DNA of 51,413 nt from a virus (Duplodnaviria; Caudoviricetes). Numbering within the stretch: position 1 is the stretch's first letter; each line of letters opens with the position of its first letter. The position numbers and the translations under genes are program-made. The notes below the pieces were generated by a model. The model worked only from the letters and a program-made list of their open reading frames with translations. It did not search any database and was not told the DNA's origin. This document shows positions 36,853 to 45,146 of the stretch, piece after piece. The DNA is taken from the IMG/VR virus record IMGVR_UViG_3300032330_001647, positions 1-51,413 of that record. One strand, 5' to 3'.

Positions 36853-37087
36853 TAAGATTATGTTGGGTAGTCTAGCAGCAATTATGTTGACTGCTATGAC
36901 AATAGATCCGCCAAAGATTAAAGTATATCTAATTATGTCATATAGAGGTAATGATTTAGCAATTGAGAAGGTATATCTCAAGAAAGAAAATGCTGAAAAA
37001 TATCGTGATATGTACAAAGAAAGTCATAATTATTCAGTAGAAGAACGTGAGTTAACAGAGTCAACTACCCCTAGGCTAAAGCCGTAG
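36839..37087 (+). CDS. hypothetical protein, C-terminus extended by IS insertion
   Basis: reconstructed empty site ends ...ELTE-TGA overlapping the next ATG; STTPRLKP comes from the IS right end. Confidence 0.6.
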   Translation: MNRFNKIMLGSLAAIMLTAMTIDPPKIKVYLIMSYRGNDLAIEKVYLKKENAEKYRDMYKESHNYSVEERELTESTTPRLKP

Positions 37088-37200
37088 GGGCTTGTAAGAC
37101 TTCCCTACTAGCAGAAGATTTACATACGATTGGCGAATTGACTGTCGCCTGTCCATCAAGTATGTTGCCATACGAAACGGGAAGTTTGGAACGATTTCCT
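37040..37200 (-). ncRNA. putative TnpB reRNA with flank-derived guide TCTGTTAACTCACGTTCTTC; 5' limit approximate
   Basis: known TnpB architecture; nucleotide conservation with the copy 1 right end. Confidence 0.5.
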
Positions 37201-38231
37201 ATGTTCCTAGATGCATTTAGGTCTGCATCATACACAATTCCACTTAGAGCATAAAACCTACAACCTCTACGAACTCCCTCTTTGATACCACTAAAGCTAT
37301 CAATTTGAGAAGTATACGCAGGGCTAACTAGAATTACGGATTTACCCATATTTTCTGCCTTGTATGTTAATATGCGTCTTAATTCAAATAATGGAACTTG
37401 ACTTATTGCTCTTTTGTTTTGAAATTTGTGTTTCTTTGCTTTGATACCTTTGAGATTTTCTAATACAATCGTATCACAATTTGTTTTAAGAATCTCATTA
37501 GCCACGCAATGTGTTTGATTTTTATTCTTATTAGCTTCTTTATGTCTCAATTTGAGAAGATGTCTTCTAGCACTCTTGGTGCCTTCGGATTTAAGACTAT
37601 CTTTTAGATGACGAAGTTTGCGTTTATCACCATTAAACTTTCTATCAATGATGATTCTACCATCACTACAAGCCGCTACTCTACGCATTCCTAAATCAAC
37701 GCCCAATGCAAGCTTTGATTTTTGTTTTTCAATTTTATTATCAAACGGTAAAGAAATGTAAATTTTATTATCATTGACATAAAGCAGAGGATCTGCGTAT
37801 TTGTATTTGTATTTGTTTAGTAGTTCTACTAGTTTTGGATATAACTTAAATTTGAAATGTTTTTTTCCACTTGAGGTGGTGATTTTTATTGATTTGTTTG
37901 TGGGAAAACTATACAATCTTTTGTCTAAGCGAATTGAAAGATTTTTCTTTTCAATCGGTTTCTTTATCTTGTGTTTATTTGATTTAGCAGACCTATACAT
38001 TGCCAAACATTCTTGTTCCGCCTTAATAATAACTTGAGAATTTATTTCCGGAAATTGTTTTCTTGTTGGGTGATAAACTTTTGAGTGGAGAATTACTATT
38101 GAATTCTTTTTCTCATTGAATTGTTCTTTTGATGCGATATTAAATACAACACGATGACTTTCAAGAATAGATTTGAGAGAATCTAAATCTTCTTGATTGT
38201 CGGTTAACAATTCTGTGTTGTAAGTTATCAC
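37071..38231 (-). CDS. tnpB: RNA-guided endonuclease TnpB
   Basis: LGVDLG, IVLENL, YTSQ, DADLNASRNI; GTG start at 38231 by homology with copy 1. Confidence 0.9.
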   Translation of the reverse strand: MITYNTELLTDNQEDLDSLKSILESHRVVFNIASKEQFNEKKNSIVILHSKVYHPTRKQFPEINSQVIIKAEQECLAMYRSAKSNKHKIKKPIEKKNLSIRLDKRLYSFPTNKSIKITTSSGKKHFKFKLYPKLVELLNKYKYKYADPLLYVNDNKIYISLPFDNKIEKQKSKLALGVDLGMRRVAACSDGRIIIDRKFNGDKRKLRHLKDSLKSEGTKSARRHLLKLRHKEANKNKNQTHCVANEILKTNCDTIVLENLKGIKAKKHKFQNKRAISQVPLFELRRILTYKAENMGKSVILVSPAYTSQIDSFSGIKEGVRRGCRFYALSGIVYDADLNASRNIGNRSKLPVSYGNILDGQATVNSPIVCKSSASREVLQAPTALA

Positions 38232-38303
38232 TTCTATAATATATATACACCGGATTTTCAAAAAGTGAAAAAATTTATAAAAAAATGATTTTGGAGAAAA
38301 TAT

Positions 38304-38332
38304 TTGACATAGTGGGATAGTTGATGTAAAGT
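38304..38332 (+). promoter_or_regulatory. outward-facing sigma70 promoter inside IS left end
   Basis: TTGACA-17 bp-TAAAGT with TG extension; same position as in copy 1. Confidence 0.7.
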
Positions 38333-38394
38333 GGTTGAATGGTCGGAATTCCTCCCCTTGGCTAAAGCCGAAGGGGTTTCCTTCCTCCAAGAAT

Positions 38395-38676
38395 ATGAAA
38401 AAGAAACAAATTCCAGTGTGTCAGAAAGTTGAACTAGACAAATGTCCAAGTTGCAAAGTAGATGCTGGTAAAAAACATAAAAATAGGTGTGATATAGAAC
38501 GTTGTAGTGTTTGTGGTGGTCAGTATGTTAGTTGCAAATGTGAACAACACGATAAACAATTTGCATATTGGAATGGATTTACTCCTGAATTTCTTATATC
38601 TAAAGCACTAAACTTAGATATCAATACATTTTATTTAATTGGAATGCATAAAATATTTTTTATTAAACCATCCTAA
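38395..38676 (+). CDS. Cys/His-rich Zn-binding phage protein
   Basis: CPSC...H...CDIERCSVCGGQ..SC.C..HD; ATG abuts the IS left end. Confidence 0.65.
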   Translation: MKKKQIPVCQKVELDKCPSCKVDAGKKHKNRCDIERCSVCGGQYVSCKCEQHDKQFAYWNGFTPEFLISKALNLDINTFYLIGMHKIFFIKPS

Positions 38677-39049
38677 CTTTGTCAAAAAATTTAGAATTAT
38701 AATTGGTGGTAATGTAGACTTTGATATCTTTATCATTTAAATCAAAAAACTTTTTGGCTTTTTTATAGAGTTTTGTACCAATTCCAATTCTTCTGTATTT
38801 ACGTCGTATATAAACCATAAATTCAAATTTAAATTTTGGAGATCTGGTTGATTTACGTTCTTTAATTATTGCCCAACCAACGCATTTACCGTTATCTTTA
38901 ACGATAAACACTCTGTTTCTTATTTTGTGTCGTATGTCACAACACTCGACATAAAGTGTATAGATTGAACCGCTTGTAACAAGTTTGCTACAAGATTTTT
39001 CTTCCTCTAAATTGACTTTTAAAGCATCTTTAGAATAGATTCGGATCAT
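38663..39049 (-). CDS. GNAT family acetyltransferase
   Basis: VYIRRKYRRIGIGTKL acetyl-CoA motif, N..FF. Confidence 0.75.
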   Translation of the reverse strand: MIRIYSKDALKVNLEEEKSCSKLVTSGSIYTLYVECCDIRHKIRNRVFIVKDNGKCVGWAIIKERKSTRSPKFKFEFMVYIRRKYRRIGIGTKLYKKAKKFFDLNDKDIKVYITTNYNSKFFDKVRMV

Positions 39050-39124
39050 AATTGAACCGTGTTATAAATATAAAAATAAAATAATTGAATCTACTGATAG
39101 ATATTACTATAGTGTTAATATTTT

Positions 39125-39388
39125 ATGAACAAAAAGATTACAGAACATAATGAATTGATTGCTACTAGAGTTCCACCTGGGGATAGATGGAAACTTGTGA
39201 ATGATACACGTAAAGTTATACATAATAGTATAACCGAAGTATTGGAAGCCTATTTCATGGAAACCAAACAAAAGTGTGAATATAGATTGGCTCCTATGGA
39301 TAGTAAGCTATATGTTATAAAGACTGTAGAAGAGGAAATTGTACCAGAACCACCACGTGGATTTAATATTTACGGAGATCCTATTTAA
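39125..39388 (+). CDS. conserved phage hypothetical protein
   Basis: LIATRVPPGDRW...FNIYGD; promoter TTGAAT-17-TATAGT. Confidence 0.6.
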   Translation: MNKKITEHNELIATRVPPGDRWKLVNDTRKVIHNSITEVLEAYFMETKQKCEYRLAPMDSKLYVIKTVEEEIVPEPPRGFNIYGDPI

Positions 39389-39390
39389 AT

Positions 39391-40020
39391 ATGTTTTATA
39401 GTATAGTCCAAATTGGTGCATTTACAGGCAACGATGATGTTTATAAAATGTTGGTGGAAAAGCCACAATGTAATGCTATACTTGTTGAGCCTGTGCCTTG
39501 GTTTTTTGATACCTTAAAAAGAAATTATTGGGGTATTAAAAATCCATCTCGTATTATATTTGATGACAGTGTAATTAACACTTATGATGGTGAGTGTGAA
39601 TTTCATTGCATGAAAGATGATGTTAAATATAAATTCAATTATGATGCTGATGTTGATTGGGGCAAAGAAATTAGCACATTGAGATTGAACATCATTAAAG
39701 AACACGAAATGTTTCTGGATAATTGTCAATTTCAATATGAAACATTAAAGTTAAATTGTATTTCCCCAACTTCATTTGTTAAAAAACATAACATCACAGA
39801 CTTGGAATATCTTAAAATAGATACTGAGGGATTTGATTATGAAGTTTTAACCAATTGGCCATTCAACTTAGCAATGCCTCAATACATCAAATTTGAAACC
39901 ACACATTTAGATGGTTCTGTTAATAAGTTTAGCAGATATGGCGAATTAGATAGTCTATTACTTAGATATGGTTTTAAATATCTCAAAATAGAAGATAGAG
40001 ATGTAATCTATGTTAGATAA
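39391..40020 (+). CDS. FkbM-family SAM methyltransferase
   Basis: VQIGAFTG, LVEP, LKIDTEGFDYEVL, IKFE. Confidence 0.85.
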   Translation: MFYSIVQIGAFTGNDDVYKMLVEKPQCNAILVEPVPWFFDTLKRNYWGIKNPSRIIFDDSVINTYDGECEFHCMKDDVKYKFNYDADVDWGKEISTLRLNIIKEHEMFLDNCQFQYETLKLNCISPTSFVKKHNITDLEYLKIDTEGFDYEVLTNWPFNLAMPQYIKFETTHLDGSVNKFSRYGELDSLLLRYGFKYLKIEDRDVIYVR

Positions 40021-40057
40021 AAAAAGAGGTTAATTTTCGTTAACCTCTTTGTTTTTT
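40019..40057. terminator. bidirectional terminator at strand switch
   Basis: AAAGAGGTTAA-TTTTCG-TTAACCTCTTT flanked by A and T runs. Confidence 0.8.
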
Positions 40058-41018
40058 AATTTGCTAATATTTTTTTCCACCGTTTCATAACCATTTCGGA
40101 TTTGAATTGTCTAGGTTTAACTGGTTGAGGTTTTTCTTTTTTGAAGTAGTCAACAAATGTTTTCATATCTGTGGTTATTGTTGATGCATTTAATACTTCT
40201 CTTAAAGAACCCAATCCATTCAAACCTAGCACGTATGGGGTAGTTTGGAGGATTTCGGCTAAAACTACACTTATTCCAAAAGTTTCAGGCATAATATTGA
40301 CATAAAACATGCCTTCACATTTGGCTATGGTAGCAACTACCTCTTTAAATGGTAGTGTATTCAAATAATTTATATCATATATAGGCATACTGATGTCTTT
40401 TGAGGGGTTATCATAGCCAGGCAAACAAACATTTAAGTGTTTACCATTTAATAGGTTTTGACTCTTTAGATATTTCCAATAATCAAGAGTACCCCCGTAA
40501 CCTTTCATTAGACTACTAGCATATACATACCCAGATTTTTCTAGAGGTATTTCATAGTCATATACCCAATCTGGAATAATGAAGTAAATTACATGTTTTG
40601 TCCAGTTTGATGGAAATAATGAAGCTTGAAATTCACTTAAGCAAATAAGTTCTAGTTTATTTTGTTCAAATAGGTTATAGAATTTTAGATTATGTGGACC
40701 ATTTAGATCAGTTACCCACAAAAATGCTTTTCTATGTGCTATTTTGGGTATATCACTAGTACGATGAATTATTAGATTTTTACATTTGAATTCGTATTGA
40801 TTAACATTTGTGTGTGGTAAATACATCACATTGTTAATCTTTAATGGTTCTTTGGTATTATTTAAACAAATAACACTTTTACCCATTTTAGCTAATTCTT
40901 CAAGTAGTAAAATAGCTTGAAATTCACTACCACCCATTCCTTCTGTATGAAGTGTATTACCATTATATACCATTCCGATATTATCGAATAGTATTACATC
41001 TGCATATAATGAGTTCAT
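40056..41018 (-). CDS. GT-B (GT4-like) glycosyltransferase
   Basis: GMGGSE, YASS..KG, PETFGISVVLAE. Confidence 0.7.
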   Translation of the reverse strand: MNSLYADVILFDNIGMVYNGNTLHTEGMGGSEFQAILLLEELAKMGKSVICLNNTKEPLKINNVMYLPHTNVNQYEFKCKNLIIHRTSDIPKIAHRKAFLWVTDLNGPHNLKFYNLFEQNKLELICLSEFQASLFPSNWTKHVIYFIIPDWVYDYEIPLEKSGYVYASSLMKGYGGTLDYWKYLKSQNLLNGKHLNVCLPGYDNPSKDISMPIYDINYLNTLPFKEVVATIAKCEGMFYVNIMPETFGISVVLAEILQTTPYVLGLNGLGSLREVLNASTITTDMKTFVDYFKKEKPQPVKPRQFKSEMVMKRWKKILAN

Positions 41019-41794
41019 ACAATTACTTTAAAGTCGTCGTCATTAATGTTCTGGGGGGGCTTACTAAAATAACTTGATAGATCGCCTTTTATAATGTTGG
41101 GGGAAGTGTTTGATTTTTTATTAATATAACTCTGTAGCCAGTTATTTACATCACCGGTGAATGTCTTGGTACCTGTGTGTGTGCAAGTAACACGGGTATC
41201 TAAATAAACTTTATTACCCAGATCTCTCCATTTCTTACACATATAAATGTCTTCACTGATCAAGTCATTATCTTCACAAACCACTTCAAATACCATTCGA
41301 CTATCACCTTTTTCGCTATTGTATCTTTTACTAGCGTCCCATAAAGTTTGTATTGCTTTGCGTGAAATTTTCATAAAACCACAACCCAATCCAGCTACTT
41401 CCATCAAACCATCTTTATCAATGGTAAGATCAAGCGATTTGTCTTTTTCATCCAATGCTTTGACTACATATAGTTCTTCGTTATCATTCTTTTTACGATA
41501 ACTACCTCCAATTAAATCTTTATCACTCTTTAGAAGTTTAAAGAAGTTCTTTGGATCCCATCCTACGTCACCATCAATAAAGAATAGTGCGTCCATTTGA
41601 GCATCATATGCAGCTTTAAACAGATCGTTACGAGCTCGTTGTACCAAACTATCATAACACATGAACAGTGGATATACTTCCACTCCATTTTGTTCACTTT
41701 GTGCTAGTGTGTTTAATAGACTATCAATGTAGTAGATGTCTAGTTTACCATCATAAGATGGAGTTCCAATTAAAACCTTCAATTTCTTTTTCAT
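41015..41794 (-). CDS. GT-A fold glycosyltransferase-like protein
   Basis: IGTPSYDG, DSLVQRARN, FIDGD, GCGFMK, SEDIYMC; ATG at 41794. Confidence 0.75.
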   Translation of the reverse strand: MKKKLKVLIGTPSYDGKLDIYYIDSLLNTLAQSEQNGVEVYPLFMCYDSLVQRARNDLFKAAYDAQMDALFFIDGDVGWDPKNFFKLLKSDKDLIGGSYRKKNDNEELYVVKALDEKDKSLDLTIDKDGLMEVAGLGCGFMKISRKAIQTLWDASKRYNSEKGDSRMVFEVVCEDNDLISEDIYMCKKWRDLGNKVYLDTRVTCTHTGTKTFTGDVNNWLQSYINKKSNTSPNIIKGDLSSYFSKPPQNINDDDFKVIV

Positions 41795-41875
41795 AACTTT
41801 ATAAAGTAAAAATCCTACAAGCAATCATTGCTTATAGGATAATATATACGATCAAAACATTTTATTCAACTTATT

Positions 41876-42163
41876 TTAAGTTGTATATGGATTTGGTGGA
41901 TATTGTTGTACCACTTGAGTTTGTACAGCAGCCGCCAATTCTTCGTCGGTCCAATCACCAATTTCGTCATATGTGGTACCAGACCATACATAGTACCAAT
42001 TATTTGAACCTTTTGGTCCTACTTGGACCAAAGCATTTACTGTTTTGGCGACTGGATCATCAATTGCTTGAAGAATTTGAAATGAACTTGCAGATACTGG
42101 TGATTGTAAAAGTAAGCTGCTTGTTAATTGAACGACTGGATATCCACCTGATGTTGTTTGCAT
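41876..42163 (-). CDS. hypothetical protein (tail-region)
   Basis: 95 aa, WSGTTYDEIGDWTD. Confidence 0.55.
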   Translation of the reverse strand: MQTTSGGYPVVQLTSSLLLQSPVSASSFQILQAIDDPVAKTVNALVQVGPKGSNNWYYVWSGTTYDEIGDWTDEELAAAVQTQVVQQYPPNPYTT

Positions 42164-42196
42164 ATAATTTTTCTTTCTTTATGTTAATAATAAATA

Positions 42197-43021
42197 TTAA
42201 TATTCATAATTAAACGCTTTAAAATACCATTGAAATTTATTGTAGATATTGTCACAATTATGTTTGCCTAAAATATCGTAATAATCAAGTGGCAAAGGCT
42301 TAATAACTTTTTGCACAGTATGTTCTCCGAATGGTAGATGTAGTCTATCATCTTCAAATGTACGTTGTTCTATGTTATTGAAGTCGTGTTGATAATATGG
42401 AAGATTAAAGTATTCGTATACCCGTTCCATTTCTCGTTGAGGATTGTTTGTAAAGTTTTCGAACTTAACGAATAAACATTTCTTACTTAGTTTACGCATT
42501 ATGGTATCGTAAATTACATCCATACTAACAGCGAGTGGGGGGGCTTGTGTTAGATAATAATCAATTCGTTTATCTACAGTAGTATTACGCAATTCATTCC
42601 AGTTTTGTAAACCTGAATCAATGTGTTGATGTTGTCTCCACTTCTTTTCCATGCTAGCCACTATAGCACGTAGATCTCTTACCATTACTACAACTTTAGG
42701 ATCAGGATAAAACCAATCCAAAAAGTCATATGTTACACTCCAACCTCTACTTTTATCAATAACATACTTTCTGTCTGTAATTGCATTAAAATAAGCATTC
42801 ATTCCTTCTTTACAAAGAGCTTTGAATGCGGGTTCTACTACATTAATCTTTTGAGCTTTAAATTCTATATTATTGGTATAAATATTTCTAGCATTTAAAA
42901 ATATTTCTACGATGCCACTGGTAGGAGTAGCATAAAAATCTGGATTTTGTGCTAATACATTTTGTAAAAGTGTTGAACCGCAGCGAGGTAACGAACATTG
43001 AAAAAATATACGTTCTGGCAT
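42197..43021 (-). CDS. sulfotransferase
   Basis: 5'-PSB SLPRCGSTLL, IDKSRGW, 3'-PB VRDLRAIVAS, KFENF. Confidence 0.85.
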   Translation of the reverse strand: MPERIFFQCSLPRCGSTLLQNVLAQNPDFYATPTSGIVEIFLNARNIYTNNIEFKAQKINVVEPAFKALCKEGMNAYFNAITDRKYVIDKSRGWSVTYDFLDWFYPDPKVVVMVRDLRAIVASMEKKWRQHQHIDSGLQNWNELRNTTVDKRIDYYLTQAPPLAVSMDVIYDTIMRKLSKKCLFVKFENFTNNPQREMERVYEYFNLPYYQHDFNNIEQRTFEDDRLHLPFGEHTVQKVIKPLPLDYYDILGKHNCDNIYNKFQWYFKAFNYEY

Positions 43022-43042
43022 AAAACAAGTTTTTAAACCGAC

Positions 43043-43237
43043 TTAAAGTGCAACAGTATCAGGTTGTGCTTGTTCTCGTTGAGTTTGTTGAAATGTTTGA
43101 ATTCTTGTATTGATTTCTTGTGTTAGAATTTGAAGATTGGATTGAGCGCTTTGAATTTGAGTTAAATTATCATATGCTAGACTCTTCAATTCAGTAACAC
43201 TTAAGTTTGCCAATGGGTTTTGTTGTTGATTTTCCAT
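43043..43237 (-). CDS. small coiled-coil protein (paralog of 43247-43441)
   Basis: LANLSVTELKSLAYD. Confidence 0.6.
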   Translation of the reverse strand: MENQQQNPLANLSVTELKSLAYDNLTQIQSAQSNLQILTQEINTRIQTFQQTQREQAQPDTVAL

Positions 43238-43246
43238 AAAATTTTA

Positions 43247-43441
43247 TTATTGGGTTGGTTGTGGCAATTCAGTAACAGGAGCAGCGTCTGCAACTCCTTG
43301 TTGTTGACGATTAAACAATTCTTGGTTGATGAATCGTAAATTGTTCTGTGAAACATTTAGTTTGAGAATTTCATCATAAGCTATAGCTTTGAGTTGAACT
43401 ATGTTTAGATCTGCCAATGTAATTTGTTTTTGTTCTTCCAT
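43247..43441 (-). CDS. small coiled-coil protein (paralog of 43043-43237)
   Basis: LADLNIVQLKAIAYD. Confidence 0.6.
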   Translation of the reverse strand: MEEQKQITLADLNIVQLKAIAYDEILKLNVSQNNLRFINQELFNRQQQGVADAAPVTELPQPTQ

Positions 43442-43478
43442 ATATTAATAAGTAGGTTTTTTGTGTGAGTATAAATAA

Positions 43479-44261
43479 TTATAAAACTTTAAATTCGTTT
43501 CCAACATCAATTGGTTGAATATAGTTTGACAAATTATTATTATATACAGTTTTAGCTTGTTTATCATTATCAAACTTTTGTTTCCAGTTACCCAACCAAT
43601 TTTTGACATTACCAGTATATCGTTTGTTACCAACATGTTCCAATTCGATGTTTGTATCTACATATACTTTACCACCAAGATTCTTCCATTTGAATCCTAA
43701 AACAATATCTTCCGATACAAAGTGGTTTTGATCATTTACAACACAATCACAAACCATTTTTGTAATAAGATTACCAGAGTCAATATAATATTTTGATTCA
43801 GTTTCAAATAACTGAGTAAAACACTTTTTTGACATCTTTAAAAATCCACACCCCAAACCTGATACTTCTAGTATGCCATCTTGATCAGGCACAATTTCAA
43901 ATGTTTCATCAGTATCACCATTTACTTTAAAAGCATATAGTTCTTCATTGTCCTGTTTCTTTCTATATCCACCACCAATCATATCTTTATCACTCAAAAC
44001 CAATTTGATAAAATCTTGTGGATTCCAACCAATGTCACTATCTATAAAAAATAACACATCAAAATTGTTATTATAAGCAATTCTAAAGTAGTTGTTACGT
44101 ACTCTTTGTACAAGACTATCAAAACACAGATATACAGGTACAACTTGTATATTATGTTGTGCGGCTAGAAATATTGTAGCGGTTATACTTTCAAGAAATC
44201 TAACATCAAATCTACCATCATATCCTGGAGATGCTACTAAAACTTTGATTGGTTCATTCAT
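43479..44261 (-). CDS. GT-A fold glycosyltransferase-like protein
   Basis: SPGYDG, DSLVQRVRN, FIDSD, GCGFLK, SEDIV; paralog of 41015-41794. Confidence 0.75.
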   Translation of the reverse strand: MNEPIKVLVASPGYDGRFDVRFLESITATIFLAAQHNIQVVPVYLCFDSLVQRVRNNYFRIAYNNNFDVLFFIDSDIGWNPQDFIKLVLSDKDMIGGGYRKKQDNEELYAFKVNGDTDETFEIVPDQDGILEVSGLGCGFLKMSKKCFTQLFETESKYYIDSGNLITKMVCDCVVNDQNHFVSEDIVLGFKWKNLGGKVYVDTNIELEHVGNKRYTGNVKNWLGNWKQKFDNDKQAKTVYNNNLSNYIQPIDVGNEFKVL

Positions 44262-45082
44262 ATTTTATAATTAAAAGCTTTATAATACCAAGCATATTTT
44301 TGTGTAATGTAATCACAATTGTGTTTACCCAATACGCTTAGATAATCATCTGGTACTGGTTCTATTTTACCACGAACAAGATGTTCTCCAAATGGACGAT
44401 AAAATACATCATTTTCATATGTAAATTGTTGTACGTTATTAAAATCATGTTTATAATAGGGAATTTCAATGTAATCGTATATTCGTTTCATCTGACTTTC
44501 AGGATCCAAAGTAAAGTCCTCAAACTTTATAAACAAACACTTTTGCGCAATTTTACGCAATATTACATCATAAATAACATCTATGGGAGCATTCAATGGA
44601 GGCGCTTCACTTAGATACAAATCAACACGTTTATCAACGGTTGTGCCTTTCATTTCACTCCAGTTTTGAATACCATTTTCCAAATGTTGATTTTGTCTAA
44701 ATTTTTTTTCCAAACTAGATACTATGGCTCTTAAATCACGAACCATAATAATAATTTTAGGGTTGGGATAAAAGTGATTCACAAAATCATATGTTACACT
44801 CCATCCTCTACACTTATCTATAACATATTTTCTATCTGTAATATTATTGTAAAACCCAAACATTCCTTGTCTATAAAATCCGTTTTTACCTGCGTCCATC
44901 AAATCCAAGTTTTGTGCTTTAAATTCGATTGCGTTATTAAAATGCCCTTTTAAATTTAATAGAATATCACATATTCCACTTGTAGGAGTAGCGTAAATAT
45001 CAGGATTTTGCGCCATCACATTTTGTAAAAGTGTTGAACCGCAACGAGGCATGCTACTTTGAAAAACTATTTTTTCTACCAT
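44258..45082 (-). CDS. sulfotransferase
   Basis: SMPRCGSTLL, IDKCRGW, VRDLRAIVSS; paralog of 42197-43021. Confidence 0.85.
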   Translation of the reverse strand: MVEKIVFQSSMPRCGSTLLQNVMAQNPDIYATPTSGICDILLNLKGHFNNAIEFKAQNLDLMDAGKNGFYRQGMFGFYNNITDRKYVIDKCRGWSVTYDFVNHFYPNPKIIIMVRDLRAIVSSLEKKFRQNQHLENGIQNWSEMKGTTVDKRVDLYLSEAPPLNAPIDVIYDVILRKIAQKCLFIKFEDFTLDPESQMKRIYDYIEIPYYKHDFNNVQQFTYENDVFYRPFGEHLVRGKIEPVPDDYLSVLGKHNCDYITQKYAWYYKAFNYKI

Positions 45083-45146
45083 AACTTTATATAAAGTATA
45101 CTAACATATATGTAGTATACTTACAACCAATTTCTATTAATATAAT

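Larger units (their letters stand above)
37060..38394 (-). mobile_element. IS200/IS605-family tnpB-only element, copy 2
   Basis: right end GTCAACTACCCCTAGGCTAAAGCCGTAGGGGCTTG (+), left-end hairpin 38354-38376, TCAT junction at 38395-38398. Confidence 0.9.

Noticed and set aside
38232-38390. N-terminal extension of TnpB copy 2 to 439 aa
   Set aside because: Extension runs through the left-end hairpin; homology with copy 1 puts the start at GTG 38231.
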